A stretch of DNA of 64,000 nt from Eledone cirrhosa (Eukaryota): positions 222,580,001-222,644,000 of the forward strand of contig OZ024742.1 of NCBI GenBank assembly GCA_964016885.1. Direction: 5' to 3'. The notes below the pieces were generated by a model that worked only from the letters and a program-made list of their open reading frames with translations, was not told where the DNA came from and did not search any database. The first letter of the stretch is position 1; every line of letters begins with the position of its first letter. Positions 1 through 10,419 of this stretch are shown one piece after another. The position numbers and the translations under genes were made by a program.

Positions 1-51
1 ATGAAGTATATAAAGTATATGAGAAAATATATATATGTATATATATATATA

Positions 52-659
52 TATTAAAATAACAGATTAAAGTTTAAGCAAAGAATCGCTGCTTTCACCC
101 TTAACGGGATCTTCTGAAACTAAAAATATCAATCTGTGAACGCAGAAGTGAATATTTCAAAAAACGTTGCAACCGGAGGAAGACAGGAAGACGATACCTT
201 GGTTCGTGGAAACGTTCCCACAACATGACGTAAAATATCTGCGTATAGTTTGTACTATCCGTTAGGGTATAATGTGGGGCTGTAATACTGGAAAGTTTTG
301 TGCAATTTATGTTTACAAGCCGAAATTGCCTCAGATTTTTTGTTTAAGATGTGGTCTTTGGCGTAGAGTATTTCCAGGGCTTCAGCAGCGCAGAGGTCAC
401 ATAAATTGCACAAAACTTTCCAGTATTACAGCCCTACATTATACCCTAACGGATAGTACGAACTATACGCAGATATTTTATGTCTTGATGTGGGAACGTT
501 TCCATGAACCAAAGTATCGTCTTCCTGTCTTCCTTCAGTTGCAACGTTTTTCGAAATATTTACTTCTGCGTTCACAGATTGATATTTTTAGTTTCAGAAG
601 ATCCTGTTAAGGGTGAAAGCAGCGATTATTTGCTTAAACTTTAATCTGTTATTTTAATA
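52..659. repeat. Long inverted repeat (arms ~52-312 and ~399-659, ~86-bp spacer), probably an inverted pseudo-LTR of a Penelope-like element
   Basis: Arms are near-exact reverse complements (TATTAAAATAACAGATTAAAG... / ...CTTTAATCTGTTATTTTAATA), differing mostly by transitions; left arm abuts (TA)n. PLE origin is inference. Confidence 0.8.
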
Positions 660-751
660 AATATTTGCTCTATGGTTCTTATATATTTGATATATATTTA
701 TCCTTATCGAGCCCTCTTTGGATTTTAGTCTTCAAATTTATTATTATTACT

Positions 752-3700
752 ATCATCATCATCATCATCAACGTTTAACGTCCGTGTTCCACGCTTGCAT
801 GGGTTTGGACGGGGGTAGTCCCACTTGAGGCAAGAGTGATTGTCTTGCTCGCATAGGACTGTCTGGCAGGTTTTCTACAGTTGGATGCCCTTCCTAACAC
901 CAACCACATTTACAGTGTGGGTCTGGGAGGTTTTTACCGTGTTGCCTACACGGCCACATTACAGCGTGGACTGTGTGTTTTTTTGTCGTGACACCTACAC
1001 GATCTCATTTGTTTCGGCCTCGATGGCGCGGCACCAACATAACTTTACATAGAACGGGGTGGTGTGGATCGGGTGGGGGTGGGGGTGGTGGGACGGGGTG
1101 TATTTTGTTAGAGATGCCTACTGGCTGGAGTAGGTTTTACTATATATTTAGGTAAGGCGGGTCTTCTCTGTTACTGAGTACCGCCAAAGGTCTCGGTCCA
1201 GTGACATTGTCTTGGAGAGGTGTAAGTGTGTGATGTCGGAGTTTATCAGCTCGTCCCAGGTTTTTCTAGGTCTGCCTATTCCGTGACTACCGTCTATCTT
1301 TATTGCCCTGCACTTTGTTATACAGCTATCGACTTTCATGCGCATCACGTGTCCATACCAACGTAGCCTTCTCTCGAGTAAACAACATCTGATCCCTCTT
1401 ATCTCTAATTTTTTCCTTAGTTCGTTTATGCTTTGCCGTTCACGTATATTACTGTTACACATCCAGCGGAGCATGCAAGCTTCGTTCCTCTCTAGTCTGC
1501 GTATATCCTCTGCACACAATGCCCAGGTCTCACTGCCATGCAGCATTGCTGTTCGTATGCAGGCATCGTACAACCTGCCTTTCATTTTTAGTGAGAACCC
1601 TTTAGCAGCTAATAGTGGTATAAGCTCTCTGAACTTTTTCCAACCAGTTCTGACTCTAGCTACAGTACTTTCAGAGCACCCTCCCCCACTGCTGATTTTA
1701 TCGCCCAGGTAACGGAAGCTGTCCACTATTTCTATAGAACCCTCTGCGCAATTGAAAGAGCTAGTAGTTTGTGGGCACTTGCTGCTACTTATTGCACCAG
1801 AGCACCGGCCACATGTAAAATCTATGTTCTTAGTTAGCTTACCTGTGATCCCACTACATCTTTTATGCACCCATACTTTGCATTTAGGACATAAAATGGA
1901 GTTTCTACCTACGCCTTTCCTACACACCGAGCACGACCATTTCCCAGAAGGGACCGCCGCCTTGTTTTCTTTCCTACAAACTAGTACTTTGGTCTTAGCC
2001 AGGTTAATTTTAAGTCCTTTTGACTCTAGGCCGTGCTTCCATGTTTGGAATTTCTTCTCTAGCTCGGCCATTGATTCCGCTATGAGTGTCAGGTCGTCTG
2101 CGTATAGGAGTTCCCATGGGCAGCCTGTCTTGAACTCCTCTGTTATAGCCTGAAGGGCAATAATAAATAGTAGTGGACTGAGAACAGAGCCCTGATGGAC
2201 GCCAACTTTTACGCTAAACTCTTCACTATATTCGTTGTTAATTCTAACCTTGCTGACTGTTTCTTTATACATGGCTTGTATAGCCCTCACAAGCCATTCG
2301 TCAACGCCTAGTTTTCTAAGAGCCCACCAGATAATGGAGCGGGGGACTCTGTCGAAGGCTTTCTCCAAGTCGACAAAAGCTAAGTAGAGGGGTTTACCTT
2401 TAGCTAGGTACTTCTCCTGTAGTTGTCGTACTATGAAAAGAGCGTCTGTGGTACTTTTGCCTGACACAAACCCGAACTGCATTTCATCTAGGTCAATTCT
2501 CTCTCTGATTAGTTGCGCTATTACTCTTTCCGTGACCTTCATGACCTGGTCGATTAATTTAATGCCTCTATAGTTACTCCTATCTAGGGCGTCTCCTTTA
2601 CCCTTATAACAGTTAACGATGATGCTGCTATGCCAGTCCTTCGGAACAACCCCATTCTGTACGACTTGGTTAACTATGCGGGTGACCATGGTGTGTCCCA
2701 CCGTGCCAGATGCCTTCAGCATCTCAGCAACTATTTCCGAAGGCCCAGCCGCCTTACCAGTCTTCATATCCTTGATTGCCTTACTTATTATACTCCCCTC
2801 GACTAACACTGCTGGTCCCTCTATTGGGTCGATATGGGGGAGACTGCCTTTCTCCCAATTATTCTCCTCATTTAGAAGCCTTTCATAGTGACACTTCCAA
2901 GCTACCTTCTTATCAGCGTCGGTGATGGCAAGTGTGCCATCGTCGTTTAGTACACACTTCTCCCCGACAATATCACGGTTTTCCTTGACGCATTGCCTAG
3001 CAATCCTGAACACCTCACGTTTTTGGTCATCGCGTTGTAGAACATGCTTGAACTTTCTTTCCTCAGCTTCCCTTCTTGCTAAGTACACTTGTCTCCTAGC
3101 TTCCCTCCTGGCCACTTGATAGTCCTCTCTACTTCCCCCATCCCGCCATACTTTCCAAGCCTGCTTTTTGGCCTTAATTGACCCCTCCACCTTACTGTTC
3201 CACCACCATGTTACTCTCCTCCTGCCTACAGGCCTGCTCCAGCCACAGACCTCGTCTGTCGCCAACAGCAGGTTTGCTTTCAGAAATTCCCACTCTCCCT
3301 CTATATTGTCCGACTCTAAATGTTCTTCCTTACTGTCGAAAGCATCAAGTAATATGCTTTGAAATTTATTCCTGGCTGTGGGGTCCTTTAGCTTCCATAT
3401 TTTCCTCCTGAGGATAGTCCTCTTCTGTTGTCGAGTACGTCTCGTCCTGACTATGAGGTCGCTAATTATCAGTCTATGTTGGGAGGTGCATTCTTCATGG
3501 GGGAGGGATTTAGTGTTAACAACAGACACTCTGTCACGTCTTCTGGTAAGGATATAATCTACCTGGCTTGTGTGTTCCCCGGATCTATAGGTGATCAGGT
3601 GATTGTCACGTTTTTTGAAGTTAGTGTTACAGATAGTTAGGTTATTTGCATCACAGAATTCCAGGATTCTGGAGCCTTCCTCATTTCTAGTACCAAACCC

Positions 3701-4352
3701 ATAGCCTCCATGGATTTCGTCGTAGCCGTCACAATGTTGTCCAACGTGACCATTTAGGTCGCCTGCGATAATTATATAGTCACTGTCGGATATTTGGGAG
3801 GTAGTTAGCATCAGTGTCTCATAGAATCTGTCTTTTATAGTGCCGGGCAGTCCGGATTGGGGTGCGTACGCAGATATTACTGTCACCGTAGTTCTATTGA
3901 GGACAAGTCGTATTTTAATTATTCTGTCGTTCACTCTATTTACGTCTATTATCTTATCTGCCCACTTTTCTGCTACCATGATTCCTACTCCACCCAGCCC
4001 ATCGTCGTTTCCCACCCAGAAAAGCTTATAACAACGTTTTTTACCCTCAATGAACCTAGCAGACCCACCCCTCCACCTGGTCTCTTGAATACAACAAACA
4101 TCGACCTCCTTACGTTCAAGCATTTCTACAACCTCGTTAGCGCGACCCTTTAGGGTGCCTACATTTATGGTACCAACTCTGAAGTTTTGGATTGCGTTTG
4201 GGGGTTGGGGGCGGTGAGGGGCGGGGGGCGATGGGGTTATGTTAGCCGTCCGCGGTCGAAACAATGAGGAGTGCTCGCATTCTCGTCCAAGGGGTGAATT
4301 TGTCTTTATCTTTGGCATTGTCGCTGAGCGTCCAGATTTTTCTCTCTCACCT
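752..4352 (-). mobile_element. Young RTE-clade LINE, copy 1 (intact ORF, ~370-bp 3' UTR, (GAT)n tail, 5' UTR truncated ~35 bp upstream of the ATG)
   Basis: Single APE+RT ORF; (ATC)n at 752-770 on + is the tail; nearly identical to the copy at 49033-52870; alignment to that copy stops at ~4352, where a (TA)n begins. Confidence 0.95.
1148..4318 (-). CDS. RTE LINE polyprotein, 1056 aa: APE endonuclease + reverse transcriptase with inserted PHD finger
   Basis: APE motifs GTINVGTL, CIQETRW, IAGDLNGHVG, QVDYIL, SQHRL; RT motifs NYRGIKL, QFGF, FVDLEKAFD, GVHQGSVLSP, LYADD, FRYLG; RTE C-terminus RRLRWYGHV, GRPRKTW; C4HC3 PHD at ~1802-1939. Confidence 0.95.
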   Translation of the reverse strand: MPKIKTNSPLGRECEHSSLFRPRTANITPSPPAPHRPQPPNAIQNFRVGTINVGTLKGRANEVVEMLERKEVDVCCIQETRWRGGSARFIEGKKRCYKLFWVGNDDGLGGVGIMVAEKWADKIIDVNRVNDRIIKIRLVLNRTTVTVISAYAPQSGLPGTIKDRFYETLMLTTSQISDSDYIIIAGDLNGHVGQHCDGYDEIHGGYGFGTRNEEGSRILEFCDANNLTICNTNFKKRDNHLITYRSGEHTSQVDYILTRRRDRVSVVNTKSLPHEECTSQHRLIISDLIVRTRRTRQQKRTILRRKIWKLKDPTARNKFQSILLDAFDSKEEHLESDNIEGEWEFLKANLLLATDEVCGWSRPVGRRRVTWWWNSKVEGSIKAKKQAWKVWRDGGSREDYQVARREARRQVYLARREAEERKFKHVLQRDDQKREVFRIARQCVKENRDIVGEKCVLNDDGTLAITDADKKVAWKCHYERLLNEENNWEKGSLPHIDPIEGPAVLVEGSIISKAIKDMKTGKAAGPSEIVAEMLKASGTVGHTMVTRIVNQVVQNGVVPKDWHSSIIVNCYKGKGDALDRSNYRGIKLIDQVMKVTERVIAQLIRERIDLDEMQFGFVSGKSTTDALFIVRQLQEKYLAKGKPLYLAFVDLEKAFDRVPRSIIWWALRKLGVDEWLVRAIQAMYKETVSKVRINNEYSEEFSVKVGVHQGSVLSPLLFIIALQAITEEFKTGCPWELLYADDLTLIAESMAELEKKFQTWKHGLESKGLKINLAKTKVLVCRKENKAAVPSGKWSCSVCRKGVGRNSILCPKCKVWVHKRCSGITGKLTKNIDFTCGRCSGAISSSKCPQTTSSFNCAEGSIEIVDSFRYLGDKISSGGGCSESTVARVRTGWKKFRELIPLLAAKGFSLKMKGRLYDACIRTAMLHGSETWALCAEDIRRLERNEACMLRWMCNSNIRERQSINELRKKLEIRGIRCCLLERRLRWYGHVMRMKVDSCITKCRAIKIDGSHGIGRPRKTWDELINSDITHLHLSKTMSLDRDLWRYSVTEKTRLT

Positions 4353-4365
4353 ATATATATATATA

Positions 4366-5335
4366 TATACCACTATTAGCCACTAGAGGGTTCTCCCTAA
4401 AAATGAAAGGCAGGTTATACGATGCCTGCATACGAACAGCAATGCTGCATGGCAGTGAGACCTGGGCATTGTGTGCAGAGGATATACGCAGACTAGAGAG
4501 GAACGAAGCTAGCATGCTCCGCTGGATGTGCAATAGTAATATACGTGAACGGCAAAGCATAAACGAACTAAGGAAAAAATTAGAAATAAGAGGGATCAGA
4601 TGTTGTTTACTCGAGAGAAGGCTACGTTGGTACGGTCACGTGATGCGCATGAAAGACGACAGCTGTATAACAAAGTGCAGGGCAATAAAGATAGACGGTA
4701 GCCACGGAGTAGGCAGACCCAGAAAAACATGGGACGAGCTGATAAATTCCGACCTCACACGCTTACACCTCTCCAAGACAATGTCACTGGACCGAGACCT
4801 TTGGCGGTACTCAGTAATAGAGAAGACCCGCCTTACCTAAATACAAAGTAAAAACCTACTACAGTCAGTAGGCATCTCTATCAAAACACACCCCGTCCCA
4901 CCACCTCCACCCCACCTACACCGCCCCTTTCAATGTAAAGTTATGTTGGTCCCACAACATCCAGGCCGAAACAAATGAGATCGTGTAGGTGTCACGACAA
5001 AAAACACACAGTCCACGCTGTAAATGTGGCCGTGTAGGCAACACGGTAAAAACCTCCCAGCCCCACACTGTAAATGTGGTTGGTGTTAGGAAGGGCATCC
5101 AGCTGTAGAAAACCCGCCAGACAGTCCACGCTGTAATGTGGCCGTGTAGGCAACACGGTAAAAACCTCCCAGCCCCACACTGTAAATGTGGTTGGTGTTA
5201 GGAAGGGCATCCAACTGTAGAAAACCCGCCAGACAGTCCTATGCGAGCAAGACAACCACTCTTGCCTCAAGTGGGAAAACCCCCGTCCAAACCCATGCAA
5301 GCGTGGAACACGGACGCTAAACCTGATGATGATGA

Positions 5336-5339
<4 letters not shown>
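4366..5339 (+). mobile_element. 5'-truncated RTE copy (ORF end 4403-4840 plus 3' UTR with ~113-bp tandem duplication), head-to-head with copy 1
   Basis: Encodes MKGRLYDACIRTAMLHGSETW...KTRLT, nearly identical to the copy-1 C-terminus; (GAT)n tail at ~5325-5339; flanked by (TA)n on both sides. Confidence 0.93.
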
Positions 5340-5379
<40 letters not shown>

Positions 5380-5449
5380 TAGGGTGTGATAAAAACCAAC
5401 TAGACCATAACCCACCAGAGTACTCGATACTTGGGGTGAGTGGGTAATC

Positions 5450-5559
5450 TGAAAAGATTCAGGACTCCGATGGTTGAGCTCCAGCCATTTCAACAGCTAG
5501 ATCTGGATCTAGCTGTTGAAATGGCTGGAGCTCAGCCGTCAGGGTCCTGAATCTTTTCA
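5450..5559. repeat. Near-perfect 110-bp palindrome (2-nt loop)
   Basis: GAAAAGATTCAGGAC...CAGCTAGATC tg GATCTAGCTG...GTCCTGAATCTTTTC, 4 transition mismatches; (TA)n follows. Confidence 0.9.
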
Positions 5560-5652
5560 TATATATATATGTGTATGTGTGTGTGTGTGCATCCCGGGTT
5601 CAATAGGGGGGTAACCACAGTAAGCTACTCAATACATAGTAGAGTATATACA

Positions 5653-5759
5653 ATATTTAATATAGAAATGGCTTCTACATGACTAGAACTATTTCATTCG
5701 ATAATTTCCATTGAATGAAACAGTTCTAGTCCTGTAGAAGCCATTTCTATATTAAATAT
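5653..5759. repeat. Inverted repeat, ~48-bp arms
   Basis: ATATTTAATATAGAAATGGCTTCTACATGACTAGAACT... / ...AGTTCTAGTCCTGTAGAAGCCATTTCTATATTAAATAT. Confidence 0.85.
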
Positions 5760-6560
5760 ATATATGACCCCTTCCCCCCTCCCCCATATCCCACAAAGAG
5801 GTGTGAGTCCCCTTCTTCAAGGACACATCCAGAAACTCTATACTAGCTCCTCTACCCCACCTCCACAATTCCACTTATTCCATGCTATCTCCTGTTCCCC
5901 ATTCTCATCACTGCCTCTCTCTACCTGGTTGAGGATACAACAATACAAACATCCCAGTGTTGATGCCATAAAATATACCCAGCCTACTCTGTAAAGTGGT
6001 AGTGGTGTTGCCAATATAAAATGTATTCAGTACACTCTGCAAAATGGTTCATCCAGCAATAGAAACCATGCCGAAATATGGAATATGTAAGCAAGATGTC
6101 TAGTCTCAGACCATAACAACCTATTCTAACATAGAAACCAGATGTAAAATGGTGATTATATATATGAAGAGGGAGAAAGAGAGAAAAACGTTACAAACAT
6201 TACAAGTATTTGATCTTCACTCATAAGTTCCTATATTAACCATTTTTATTCCCAAATGCCTGAAACTATTGCTAATTCTGATACAAAACTGTTTCTTTGT
6301 TAAGCTATGTTCTAAACACCAGCTTTATGAGAAAGTTAGTTATATTACTAAATCCATTTGAATTCTTGATTATTTTCAAAATGATTTGAAAATTATAGGC
6401 TATGCCTGTTATTACTAAATATCTAAGTATTGATTATTTTCAAAACAATAGGCAGTGCCTTTCATTAGAAATATAATGAAAGGATTAAACTCTGCCCCTC
6501 TCTCTCTCCATCTCTTTTTATATCTAACTATAAATCTTGTTTCTCTTTTTCCTCCTTCAG

Positions 6561-6838
6561 ATGTAAAAGGTTTGAAACATCCAGAAACAATCAGAGAACA
6601 CCAAGAGAAACTGTGTGAAGCTCTTGACATGTACACAGGCAGTCACTACCCCCAACATCCAAACAAATTTGGGGAAATGATCCTTACACTGCCGATCCTG
6701 TCTCGTATCAGCATCAAGGGCAAAGAACTCATAACAGACACTCAGCTAAACAACATTTCATCATATGGTCTCCTCTATGAACTGCTGAAGGGTGAAAATG
6801 CTACAAAAGAATCTCATATCACCCCAGAAAATACTTGA
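6561..6838 (+). CDS. HR39: Last coding exon of an HR39/NR5B (FTZ-F1 beta)-like nuclear receptor; end of the ligand-binding domain with AF-2
   Basis: Polypyrimidine tract and CAG acceptor at 6541-6560 (phase 1). Peptide DVKGLKHPETIREHQEKLCEALDMYTGSHYPQHPNKFGEMILTLP...GKELI...LLYELLKGE fits the NR5 pattern (YT..HYP..P.KFGE.LL.LP) and the HR39-type ending (GKE.L...LL.ELL.GE). Stop TGA at 6836-6838. No upstream exons recognised in the window. Confidence 0.75.
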
Positions 6839-7250
6839 AACATTGCACACATTGTGAAAATAATTCTCTATGTTTTATATAAGTCCTATTACAGTTTGGT
6901 TCATTGTTATTATTATTGTTGATTGTATTTTTTTTTACTCCAGTTCTCTTTTCAAACTGCCAATAATTAGACACACACACACAGACACACACATGCATAT
7001 ACAGAGTTTTCCCCTCAAAGTTGACGATAACGAGATTGAGACTAACAAGAATGACAGACTTGAGGTTGATAACGACGAATTTGAAGGTGAAACACTACAC
7101 ACACACACACACACATATATATAATTAACATCATGTCACTTCAAAATATTCCTGTGGGTAAAAATCTCGCCTCATTTTTCTAAGTTAAACTTTTTTTTTT
7201 ACTTTGTATATGTATGTTTGAGCTCAGTAGTGAATCTATACTTTGGTGTC

Positions 7251-7540
7251 CATGAAGGTTAAACTGTTATGAAGACCCCTCCTAGATTAGGATCCCTGAA
7301 GGTTGAACTGTTATAGGGATCCCTTTGGTGCTCTTAAACTGTTATGGGGGCCCCTCAGGGATTAACGACTCTGTAGCTTAAAGATTGAACTCTTATGGAG
7401 ACCCATCCCTGAGATTAAGAGCTCTGTAGCTTTAACTATTGTGGACGACCTTTCTAGGATTAAGGAACCTTGAGGACTTAAACTGTTAAGAAGTCCTCTC
7501 TAGAATTAAGGGCCCAGAAGTTTGAACAGTTGTTAAGGTG
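7251..7540. repeat. Degenerate minisatellite (~40-45-bp unit), probably in the nuclear receptor 3' UTR
   Basis: Recurring GAAGGTT(A/G)AACTGTTATG...CCC(T)C...GATTA(A/G)G, about 6-7 units. Confidence 0.65.
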
Positions 7541-8848
7541 ATCCAGCTGATTAGGGCATCTGAAGTTCTAGCTTTATTAGTTTCATAGTAGATCCACCAC
7601 AGTCTGAGCTTGTGTGTCTATGTCTTTGTGTGCGTTCCTGTCTCTGTGTAATTCGATTTTGTCTATCACTACTTTTAATTATTTCATAAATTTCTTTAAT
7701 TGAAAAAATTTGTTTTAAATAATTTGTAATCATGAAATGAACAAATTAATGTTTATTTAATGAACTGTAAGGTTTTTTAAAAAATATATAGTAGTGTTGT
7801 GATTCACCAAATATTGTTACAAACAAATTTATTTAAATTATCAACAGTTAGTCTAAAACACTTTAAACAAAGAAAATATGTATAGATGACGATTATGGTA
7901 AAATTAAAGTTGTTGTTTATGAATTAGAAGTAATGAAAATAATGAAGTACAAAGTGTAAACACTTTCAACTATTCCTCTGCACTTCTTTTTTTCTGTGTA
8001 CAGAGAAATATTGGAAAATGTTTTCAGCTAAACAGGGCTGGTGCTGCCACTAGGAAGTCATTTAGGGCTCATTAGATTGGTACATTACTGAACCTTAAAG
8101 GATCACAGTTTTATACAAATTTGTATAATTAAATTAAATATGCAATAATTTCCTGTGATCAATAAATAAAACACTAAACATCTTTGCCACATAGTAGTGT
8201 TTTAGAAATATCCAAAACAGTGAAGAGAATTATCTGGTGTAATGACCTGTCACATCATTTGGCATGGATGATTGTGGACTGTATAATGGAAAATGTAGGC
8301 TGGGTAATTTTCTTATTGTTGTCAGAACAAGAATTGTTGAAAAACTAGGTTCATCATTATTTTATTTAGGAGACTGAGGATGCACATTTTAAGGCTAGCC
8401 AAGGACACAAAATACCCAGATACCAGACCTACAGCTAAGGCTTCTAATTCAAAATGGTAGTTATATCTATCTTAAGTATTCCTTCATTTTCAAATATTTG
8501 CTTAATTATTAAATATTCAGGTGTTTAGATGTGTTTTTTAGCCACCAAATTTAGTATTTTTATTTATAGAAAAATTTTAGTGGATTTTTATGCATTTTTT
8601 AGAGGAATTATTTTAATTTGCTTCTTTTTGTTTTGTTTTGTTTTTTTTCAAATTAATTTTGTATTCATTAAATAATTAGTCCAATGTTTGTTTTAATCAT
8701 TAAATCATTGAAAAACAAACACCTGCCAACCCATTTCATGTAACCATATTTTTCAAACACTTTTTTTTTCTAACATCAAATCATTAATTGTGGTTTAATT
8801 AAGTTATATTTTTTCTTTTTAATTATAATAAATCAGGTAATTACTATA

Positions 8849-9068
8849 TTAACCCTTTTGATACCAGCCCAGCCAAAACCGTTTCTTGTTCTATGAAATG
8901 AAAATAATTTTAAAGGGTTCCTATTTAAATTAAAATTTCAAAAACCATGCTATGTTACCATACCTTAGTAATTAAATAAATAATAATTTTAGTAAATCCC
9001 TCAAAATCATTCATTAATTAATTGAAATAGAATGTATTTAAATAGATATTTGGTCACAAAAGGGTCAA
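8849..9068 (+). mobile_element. piggyBac-like MITE family A (further decayed copies near 13499-13893, 14103-14330, 15230-15438, 21687-21885, 29815-30235, 30895-31150, 31378-31833, 32110-32310)
   Basis: Ends TTAA-CCCTTTTGATACC ... CACAAAAGGG-T(T/C)AA with a shared internal AT-rich body; TTAA target and CCC/GGG termini are piggyBac hallmarks. Confidence 0.7.
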
Positions 9069-9434
9069 TATTAATTTTTTTTAATACTTGAAATCTTATC
9101 TCTGTGCCATAACATTTCATGTAACCAAATTTCTCAAATGCTTTTTTATGTCAAAAAAATTAACTATTATTTGTTTATTTTTGTTTTTAATTATGATGAA
9201 TCAGGTAATTAATATATTAATATCATTATTAATATCAAAAAAAGTACCAGTAATGCACTGGGTAATTGATGGCCTTGTGCCAAAAGTAGAAACAATTATT
9301 AATATCAAAAATATTCATCAAAAATGTTTGTTTTGAAATCATCTGACATTAAATACACAAGTATCTTGAAGATTGAGTTTTTTTCCAGAGAAAAAGATTA
9401 TTGTAGGTTTTCACTCATCCATGGATGCAAATCC

Positions 9435-9797
9435 TTGGACACATCATCAATGTTATATCCTGAAGTCACTGGTTGTTTTGGGTCTTACAACCTAACTTTC
9501 ATCCAGGTGACCTGATTACAGGTGTAAAACTTGGACACATCATCAGTGTTGTGTCTTGGAATCACTGGGTGTTTCAGGTCTTACAACATGCATCCTTATC
9601 CAAGTGATCCAACTACAGGACACATCATCAGTGTTGTATCCTGTAGTCACTGAGTGTTTCAGGTCTTACAACATACACCCTCAATCAGGTAACCTAACTG
9701 TAAATGTAAAAATTTGAACACATCAGCAATGTTGTGTCCTGTAGTCACTGGGTGTTTCAGGTCTTACAACATACACCTTCATCTAGGTGACCTGACC
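9435..9797. repeat. Tandem repeat, four units of ~85-97 bp
   Basis: GGACACATCATCA(A/G)TGTT...GTCACTGGGTGTTTCAGGTCTTACAAC...AGGTGACCT repeated four times. Confidence 0.85.
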
Positions 9798-10419
9798 AAG
9801 AAAATATTATCATGTAAATAATAAAATTAAAAAGAAAAAAAAAAGCTTATGGTAATTAAATGTTTTTTGTGATAAGTATGTTTAAATGGAAATTTATAAT
9901 TTCATATATGTTGTATACATGAGGGATTTTTATTTTACATTTTTTTTTAAATTTAAAAAAGATTAATTTTCTTTCATTTTTGTTTAATTATTTAAAATTT
10001 TGTAAAAATTATATATTTCTTAATTTTTAAAAAATTATTTTTTTATGATTATTTTAAATATAAAAATAATTTTTTTAATTTTTTTTAATTATCTAAAAAA
10101 ATTTAATTTTTTCAAATTAAATTTTTTTATTCTTTAATTTATAAATTTTTTTTCTTTCTCTCACAAATGAAATATCTTCCCAATATTTGGTTGAAGGTCA
10201 GAGCTGGAATCTGTACAGTTTTATCAACATTTTTAAAAGCTTGATTGGTACAAAAGAGTGAAATGTGAATAATTATTATTATATGTCAAAACATGTCATT
10301 GGCAATCATTCAAATATCATATATAATATATACATATGTGTACGTGTGTGTATGTATGTATGTATATATATATATATATATATAGATAGATATACACACA
10401 CATACATATATACCATAGT

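Noticed and set aside
1338-4153. Several + strand ORFs of 63-133 aa overlapping the RTE (and their twins at 49616-52679)
   Set aside because: Antisense shadows of the LINE ORF; they recur only because the element is duplicated and have no recognisable motifs.
9435-9797. Regularly spaced repeats resembling a CRISPR array
   Set aside because: Whole units are homologous with no unique spacers, there are no cas genes, and the context is eukaryotic.
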